A stretch of DNA of 64,000 nucleotides, taken from a virus. The notes under the pieces were generated by a model. The model was given only the letters and a program-made list of their open reading frames with translations, was not told the DNA's origin and searched no databases. The stretch lies in IMG/VR virus record IMGVR_UViG_3300044846_005371, positions 1-64,000 of that record, one strand, 5' to 3'. Both the position numbers and the translations under genes were made by a program. Below, piece by piece: positions 58,364 through 64,000 of the stretch (its first letter is position 1; the number at the start of each line of letters is the position of its first letter).

Positions 58364-61300
58364 TGCCAATTAGGATTAACCTTAGAGAAGTTTTTGCTTC
58401 AGACAGCCAAACAATCGCAGTCGATAAAATAAATTTCAACTTCAACAAAATTCTCGAGTTAGGAGTTGGTGAAGAAGGACCACTAGGAGATACTGGCCCT
58501 CAGGGACCAGCAGGTCCGGTCGGTCCAGAAGGCCCAGTCGGACAAGACGGTATTACTTGGCATGTAGGTTCAACTGACCCTAACGTAACGCCACCTTCTC
58601 CTGTTCAAGATGGAGATTTTTACTTAAATACCTCTGACTCAACTATTTGGCAGTGGGATGAAGGTGGAACTGTGTGGAATCAATTAATTGATTTTACAAC
58701 AATAATAAATGCTTACTTAGCGACTACTACTCAAACCTTTTTTAGAGGATTTGGTGATCCTTCCGATACTAACTTTATAGTTTTTCCAAATAGGGACGAA
58801 ATTGGCGACGGTAGTACTGATATATTGTTTTTATCTAACTTTAATGAAATTACTACACCTATTTCAAATTTATCTAGCCCATATACTTCTTTACTAGATG
58901 GAGGAATTTTACAAATTTATGCTGATTCTACTGCCGGTGGGTCAGATGCTAGAGCAAATCTAGAATTTGGAGCGATATACTCAAATGGAGTAGATACTCT
59001 AATTAGCGAGAGAGATCAAAACTTAAAAATAAAATACTATCAGCATGATAATGAAGATAGTACATTCACGTCAGTTGCTTCATTCAATATTAGTAAGTTA
59101 GAAGGCAGTGATATTACAGCAATTGATAGATACGGTGTACTAAAATTTATTACTCCAAATTACGTAGATGGAGGAACTAATTCAGAACTATCATTTTACT
59201 TGGGATCACAAGGCGGTACTTCATATCTAACATCAGAATCTTTAAATTCATCTGGCTTAGTAATTACTTCAAGTGCGTCTTACAACTGGATAGAATTCGG
59301 TATTGCTGATGATCTATTTTGGTCAGATTCAACCTACGCATATCGTGATGCAGATTCAGATTTTTTGAATATTTCAGGAAACAATAAAAATTATGTTTAT
59401 CTGAAGGGAGGAGACAACACATCAGGCGTTTTCATAGATTCAACATTAGTTCAAGATTCCGGAGATATTATTCAAGCTGGAACTGGCAGCTTTGTTAAAA
59501 ATAAAGTAATCACACCTCCAATAAATACTGGACAAAGTGCGTCAGATTATTCTAAACATACTGGAATGGCGATGTATGGCGACAGAATTTATGTAGTTCA
59601 TGGAGACCCTACGTTAACTACTTCAATTAGTAGCACAGCTTCAGCGTACGACAAGTATCACGTTTTATTAGCAACTGACCCTTCTAATTTAAAAAACTGG
59701 ATAACTCAAGAGAATCTTTCACTTAGCTCAACTTCTTCTAGTTTTTTATATGGTGCATGTGATATTGATATTGCTGGAGATTATGCATATATTGTAAGTA
59801 ACCATACATCCGACCGAAGCGGTACAAAAATCCCTTTTGCTATTGCAAAAATAGACGAAGAATATCACGGCGAGTTAACATTACTATATTCATTGTCTAA
59901 TAGTAATTACTCAAATGGTGCAATTACGTCAAGTAATACGCAATCCGATAATAACTTGGGATACGCTTGGACAAATCTATCTGCCGCCTACCGCCTTAAA
60001 GTTAAAGGAAATATCGCATACGTTATTAACAAATATGATGATGATTCCGCTTTTTCTGGAGACGGGATAGAAGGTGATCAAGCCGGTGCATACTTATCTG
60101 CTATAGATATAAGTAATCCATACAATCCAATTATTGTAAATTCAGTCGTTTCCTCAGGAGAAAAGAGAAGTACTGATATGGCAGGTACTACTTATTCTTA
60201 CGGAGGATATCGTCACCTTGCGCTAGATGTAAATAAATCAATTGCTGCTACTTTAACCTGGAAAAGACTAACTACTGGTGCTTCTTCTCCAGATTACTCA
60301 AGAGACGAGTTTGGAGATGATGTAACTAGTGGAACTACCAATCAAATCATATTAAATCTATATGATCTTTCGGATGCTAGAACAGATGCCGACTTAATAT
60401 ATTCTCCTGACGCTACTGAAGAGCTCCCAAGTGTACCAAATCTTCGTAGATTTTCAGCAACTCCAATTCAGACCCAATCGACCGGCCCGTTAACTGACTT
60501 TGGATCAGTCTCAATATTTAGAAATTATGTATTTGTATCTTGGGAAAATAGCGTATATGTATACCAAATACCTAATAATATTAAGCCTAATGTTGAGTCA
60601 TTAATTGCAAATCCAGCAACCTCTTTGTTAACTTATGAGATGGCTGACTCTACTTATTATGCAATTGATAGTAAGATATCAGGAAGATTCCTATATGTTC
60701 TATGGAGAAAAACAGTAGGTACTACTGGTGTAGTAACTAAACACGATATCTTTAAGATGATTGAGGTCGGTGGAAACAGTTCACTTGAACCGATTGCATC
60801 ATATCAATTTGCACTTGAGTCTTCATATGGAAATGGAGTAAGCAGACTACTTATAAATGGCAAATATGTTTATGTTTCGTCATCTCATTCAGATGACCAG
60901 TTCGGCAGTGAACCATTAAACATAAAAACTTTGAGTTCAGACGGTATTATTTCGCCAGCTGCTCATATAGACTCCATCCAAACTTCTATCTTAAAGGTAA
61001 ATGAAACCATAAATGTTGGAGATTCTGCAAATATTGGACACTCTTTAAACGTAGGATCTGGAGGAATTGCGACAACTGGTCCTGTTTCTGCCCGTGGAAT
61101 AAATGGAAATTTCCATAACTTTGGAGTAAGCGCGCCTTTAAGTAATTCATTTAACCCAACAATTAGTTCTCATGATAAGCCACTTTGTGGAATTTCATCG
61201 AATTTATCAATTTTACAAAGCGGATTATATCAATTTACTAATATTAGTCCTACTACTGAACAAAGATTTTTTACATTTACTCACACTGCCCAAGGCACAC

Positions 61301-61713
61301 CAGTGCCTTATTCTGGAGGATTCCAAGCGATACGTTTACTTTGGACTAGAGTCGGGAATGTTGTAAATGTATCAGGATTTGTGTATGTAGAAAGTACCCC
61401 TCTTCCTGCGTTATATGGATTCGCATTTCCAGCTCCATTGTATCCTGCTGAAATTTCGTCAGACGGTCCATATTCTTTATATGCAGCTGGCGTAGGTAAC
61501 GCAATAGGAGGAGGTGTTCAAGTTTCAGGAACACTTAGTGCGTATTATGATGTAGATATTTCAACAACTATTGAGTGCATCAACGTTGTTACTGGAGAAC
61601 TTGAAGATCTATCTGTTCCCTACCTAGCTTTACGATTTTTTAATAATGATATTGATCAAGAGCTAGGTAATTTCTACTTTTCAGGTTCTTATTTGCTAAC
61701 TAACCTTAGTTAA
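58363..61713 (+). CDS. Tail fibre/receptor-binding protein: short Pro-rich collagen, LVIVD-type propeller, 1116 aa
   Basis: DKINFNFNKIL N-terminus; GEEGPLGDTGPQGPAG (58468-58551); DIDIAGDYAYI and KVKGNIAYV...AIDISNPYNP blades. Confidence 0.65.
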   Translation: MPIRINLREVFASDSQTIAVDKINFNFNKILELGVGEEGPLGDTGPQGPAGPVGPEGPVGQDGITWHVGSTDPNVTPPSPVQDGDFYLNTSDSTIWQWDEGGTVWNQLIDFTTIINAYLATTTQTFFRGFGDPSDTNFIVFPNRDEIGDGSTDILFLSNFNEITTPISNLSSPYTSLLDGGILQIYADSTAGGSDARANLEFGAIYSNGVDTLISERDQNLKIKYYQHDNEDSTFTSVASFNISKLEGSDITAIDRYGVLKFITPNYVDGGTNSELSFYLGSQGGTSYLTSESLNSSGLVITSSASYNWIEFGIADDLFWSDSTYAYRDADSDFLNISGNNKNYVYLKGGDNTSGVFIDSTLVQDSGDIIQAGTGSFVKNKVITPPINTGQSASDYSKHTGMAMYGDRIYVVHGDPTLTTSISSTASAYDKYHVLLATDPSNLKNWITQENLSLSSTSSSFLYGACDIDIAGDYAYIVSNHTSDRSGTKIPFAIAKIDEEYHGELTLLYSLSNSNYSNGAITSSNTQSDNNLGYAWTNLSAAYRLKVKGNIAYVINKYDDDSAFSGDGIEGDQAGAYLSAIDISNPYNPIIVNSVVSSGEKRSTDMAGTTYSYGGYRHLALDVNKSIAATLTWKRLTTGASSPDYSRDEFGDDVTSGTTNQIILNLYDLSDARTDADLIYSPDATEELPSVPNLRRFSATPIQTQSTGPLTDFGSVSIFRNYVFVSWENSVYVYQIPNNIKPNVESLIANPATSLLTYEMADSTYYAIDSKISGRFLYVLWRKTVGTTGVVTKHDIFKMIEVGGNSSLEPIASYQFALESSYGNGVSRLLINGKYVYVSSSHSDDQFGSEPLNIKTLSSDGIISPAAHIDSIQTSILKVNETINVGDSANIGHSLNVGSGGIATTGPVSARGINGNFHNFGVSAPLSNSFNPTISSHDKPLCGISSNLSILQSGLYQFTNISPTTEQRFFTFTHTAQGTPVPYSGGFQAIRLLWTRVGNVVNVSGFVYVESTPLPALYGFAFPAPLYPAEISSDGPYSLYAAGVGNAIGGGVQVSGTLSAYYDVDISTTIECINVVTGELEDLSVPYLALRFFNNDIDQELGNFYFSGSYLLTNLS

Positions 61714-62513
61714 ATCCATTGACCACTAGTGAATGGCATGATCTTTTCGCTAAAGATTAGCTTGTGCATTTCACCAATTATATTGATTTCAAACGCTAGA
61801 TTTTTGAGAAGCCCTTTATTTAGAATGACAATGTCCTTCATTACTTGAGCTACTTGATTTTCATCGCAATCTTTTTGCATTATCGCAAAACATACATTAG
61901 TATTTGGAGTCATGTTGCTAAGCTGATCGATATTCAATTCATCAACTGCCTCTTTAAGAGCATTTTCCTTGACTTTCTTCAGTGTGACTTCACCAACCTG
62001 TGAGAAAGAGTAATTAAAGTTTTTTCTACGATCCTCCTTAAGCTTCCATACAGTATATGTGAGAGTTCCTTCATAATTTGTGACTATAAAAATCTCCTTT
62101 TCTTTATGTAATCCTGGATTAGTCATAAATATCTTTACTCCCTCCATTATGTCTAACTGGATATCCATATAGTCTAATATGAGATTTGAGAATACATAAT
62201 TTGCATTCTTAAATATTTCAACAGTGTCTTGAGGTATATTATAAATTTCCTTAAGTTGTTCTTTAATCGCTTTTAGTCGAGGTTCGTTAAAAATGGGTCT
62301 TAACTTGAAGTCAAATACAAATCCTTCAACTGCTAAATTATTTAAGTTTAGACTGTGAAATAGAACTTCAGTAAATCTTGAAATATTCCCTTCATCAATC
62401 TCTTTCTTGTACTTTTGATTAGCCGCGAGTAGAATGTATGCGAAGTATTCTGGGTCCAAATACCTTCCCTTTGTGATCCATAGCGGATCCAGTATGTATT
62501 CGCTCTTCTTCAT
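61710..62513 (-). CDS. Hypothetical protein, 267 aa
   Basis: ORF with AATAAATA 15 nt upstream; shares TTAA stop bases with the convergent fibre gene. Confidence 0.6.
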   Translation of the reverse strand: MKKSEYILDPLWITKGRYLDPEYFAYILLAANQKYKKEIDEGNISRFTEVLFHSLNLNNLAVEGFVFDFKLRPIFNEPRLKAIKEQLKEIYNIPQDTVEIFKNANYVFSNLILDYMDIQLDIMEGVKIFMTNPGLHKEKEIFIVTNYEGTLTYTVWKLKEDRRKNFNYSFSQVGEVTLKKVKENALKEAVDELNIDQLSNMTPNTNVCFAIMQKDCDENQVAQVMKDIVILNKGLLKNLAFEINIIGEMHKLIFSEKIMPFTSGQWI

Positions 62514-62605
62514 AAGCTTTCTTTTTATTATTTATTTTACTCAATTTCAAGTACCAGTTTAGCGTAGATTATTTGAATAAATAATAAAAAGTCGTATTCT
62601 GCTTC

Positions 62606-64000
62606 ATGGCAAGAGCAACAATCAAGCTAGTAATTGATCCTGACCGTAATAAATTAACTTTTAGTAAAAATTTTAGGATATTTTCAACGGATGAGCCGCT
62701 ATCTGGAATAGTTGCATTTTCTGAATATTTGGAAAGTATAGATGTAACTTCTCCAAATACACTAGATCTAAATAGTTACTTATTCAGATCATTTAGGTAT
62801 TCATCAAATAAGGAAGATTGGTCATTATGGTACTCAGTTTCTCCAACAAATACTTCTGAGATTTCATCAATTATATTGGATCCAGCTTCCAAGTTTTACT
62901 TTGAAATAAAATACGAATACGATAATGGTAATTTTGAGGAATTAGACAGTGCTATTCAAATCAATGAAATTAAGCTAAGATTTGAAAAAGCTGACGACTC
63001 TTTACCAGATTCCTATGCGCCTAGAGTAGTATGTTCAAATGAGCGTTGCACAAATTTCATAACCACTACTAATCCATCATTTAAACCATATCAAGTCGAC
63101 TCAGCTATAGATATGTACCGCGAGCTTTCGCTATATACTAATAAGATATTTGGACATGATGTCGTTTACTTTAAAACTGAACCTGATTCAGATAGTGGAG
63201 ACTATATCTTTAAGGAATGGACACTTTACAAAAACATAGATCGTAAATGTTTAAAGGTAGTTGTTCCAAAGAACTCCTTTCCTTCAAATGCTCCTAAATT
63301 TACTGAATTTGGAATGGATTTTCAATTACCATTTGAAGTCCATATCGATCATAGGTATTTTCAATCAATTTTTGGAGCAGGTACTGAACCTAGAGTTAGG
63401 GACTTTTTATATTTTCCTCTCTTAAATAGAATGTTTGAAATACAAGGAAGTTACATTCATAAAGGCTTTATGATGACTCCAACTTATTGGAAAGTATCGC
63501 TTAAGAAGTACAATCCAAATATCGACATGCTTCTTACTGATGATAGTCGACACTTCTTAGATAACGTTATTCAAAGTGCTGAACAATTATTCTCTGCTCA
63601 AGTCGAGCAGTCTACTTCAGATGCTAAAATGACAAAGCAGTACGAAAATATTACAACGACTTTTGATTCATCACGTAAAGCAATACACTTTGACCTCATG
63701 ACTAAGCAGCTAAAATACAATTTTAATCACGCTAGTCTAATTCAAAACTATTATGATTTAACAAAAATAGTTCCAGTTCAAAAGACATATCAACTAACAA
63801 ATGATGATCCAGTTGTCTCGATTAGCATGAATCATGTATCTCTTCAGGATTTGGATCAAAATTCTCCAAATTCTCATTACGTTATTCTTGCGTATCAGGA
63901 AAGTGAAATATTTAGCGCATGGCAAAATAATGCTCTATTTACATACGATAAAAATTTCTATGGAACTATCACTAGATATCTTAGAGTTAGGGGACCTTTT
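62606..64000 (+). CDS. 3'-truncated protein with a T4 gp14-like neck (head-completion) domain
   Basis: Not in the track because it has no stop. Translated by hand: MARATIKL... with FGHDVVYF, FTEFGMDF, EPRVRDFLYFPLLNRMFEI, WKVSLKKY. Confidence 0.65.
   Translation, partial: MARATIKLVIDPDRNKLTFSKNFRIFSTDEPLSGIVAFSEYLESIDVTSPNTLDLNSYLFRSFRYSSNKEDWSLWYSVSPTNTSEISSIILDPASKFYFEIKYEYDNGNFEELDSAIQINEIKLRFEKADDSLPDSYAPRVVCSNERCTNFITTTNPSFKPYQVDSAIDMYRELSLYTNKIFGHDVVYFKTEPDSDSGDYIFKEWTLYKNIDRKCLKVVVPKNSFPSNAPKFTEFGMDFQLPFEVHIDHRYFQSIFGAGTEPRVRDFLYFPLLNRMFEIQGSYIHKGFMMTPTYWKVSLKKYNPNIDMLLTDDSRHFLDNVIQSAEQLFSAQVEQSTSDAKMTKQYENITTTFDSSRKAIHFDLMTKQLKYNFNHASLIQNYYDLTKIVPVQKTYQLTNDDPVVSISMNHVSLQDLDQNSPNSHYVILAYQESEIFSAWQNNALFTYDKNFYGTITRYLRVRGPF

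Overview
AT-rich, gene-dense segment of a large T4-related (jumbo-type) tailed phage genome, probably infecting Bacteroidota; the host is inferred, not shown. It has four blocks. (1) 1-22259 (+): fibre/adhesin genes, four of which carry long Gly-Thr-Ser/Gly-Ser-Ser collagen-register repeats (about 2,100 residues in total), followed at once by three glycosyltransferase genes, one a GT4 + TibC/AAH-type protein O-heptosyltransferase + methyltransferase fusion. The block ends at a bidirectional terminator. (2) 22326-42208 (-): replication, repair and host-takeover genes (GroES, RNase H/5' nuclease, gp32-like SSB, histone H1-like protein, NrdAB, S1-domain protein, GroEL, nucleases, acyl-CoA thioesterase, RNA ligase + kinase, glucosaminidase, UvsE). 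(3) A palindrome-rich divergent intergenic region at 42209-42455. (4) 42456-64000 (mostly +): RuvC-like resolvase, gp55-like late sigma factor, large baseplate/fibre-type proteins and a partial gp14-like neck protein. The best candidate for an undescribed system is a phage-encoded protein O-glycosylation cassette acting on Ser/Thr-based collagen-like virion fibres. No tRNA, rRNA, CRISPR array or mobile element was seen. All family assignments come from reading motifs by eye; no searches were run.
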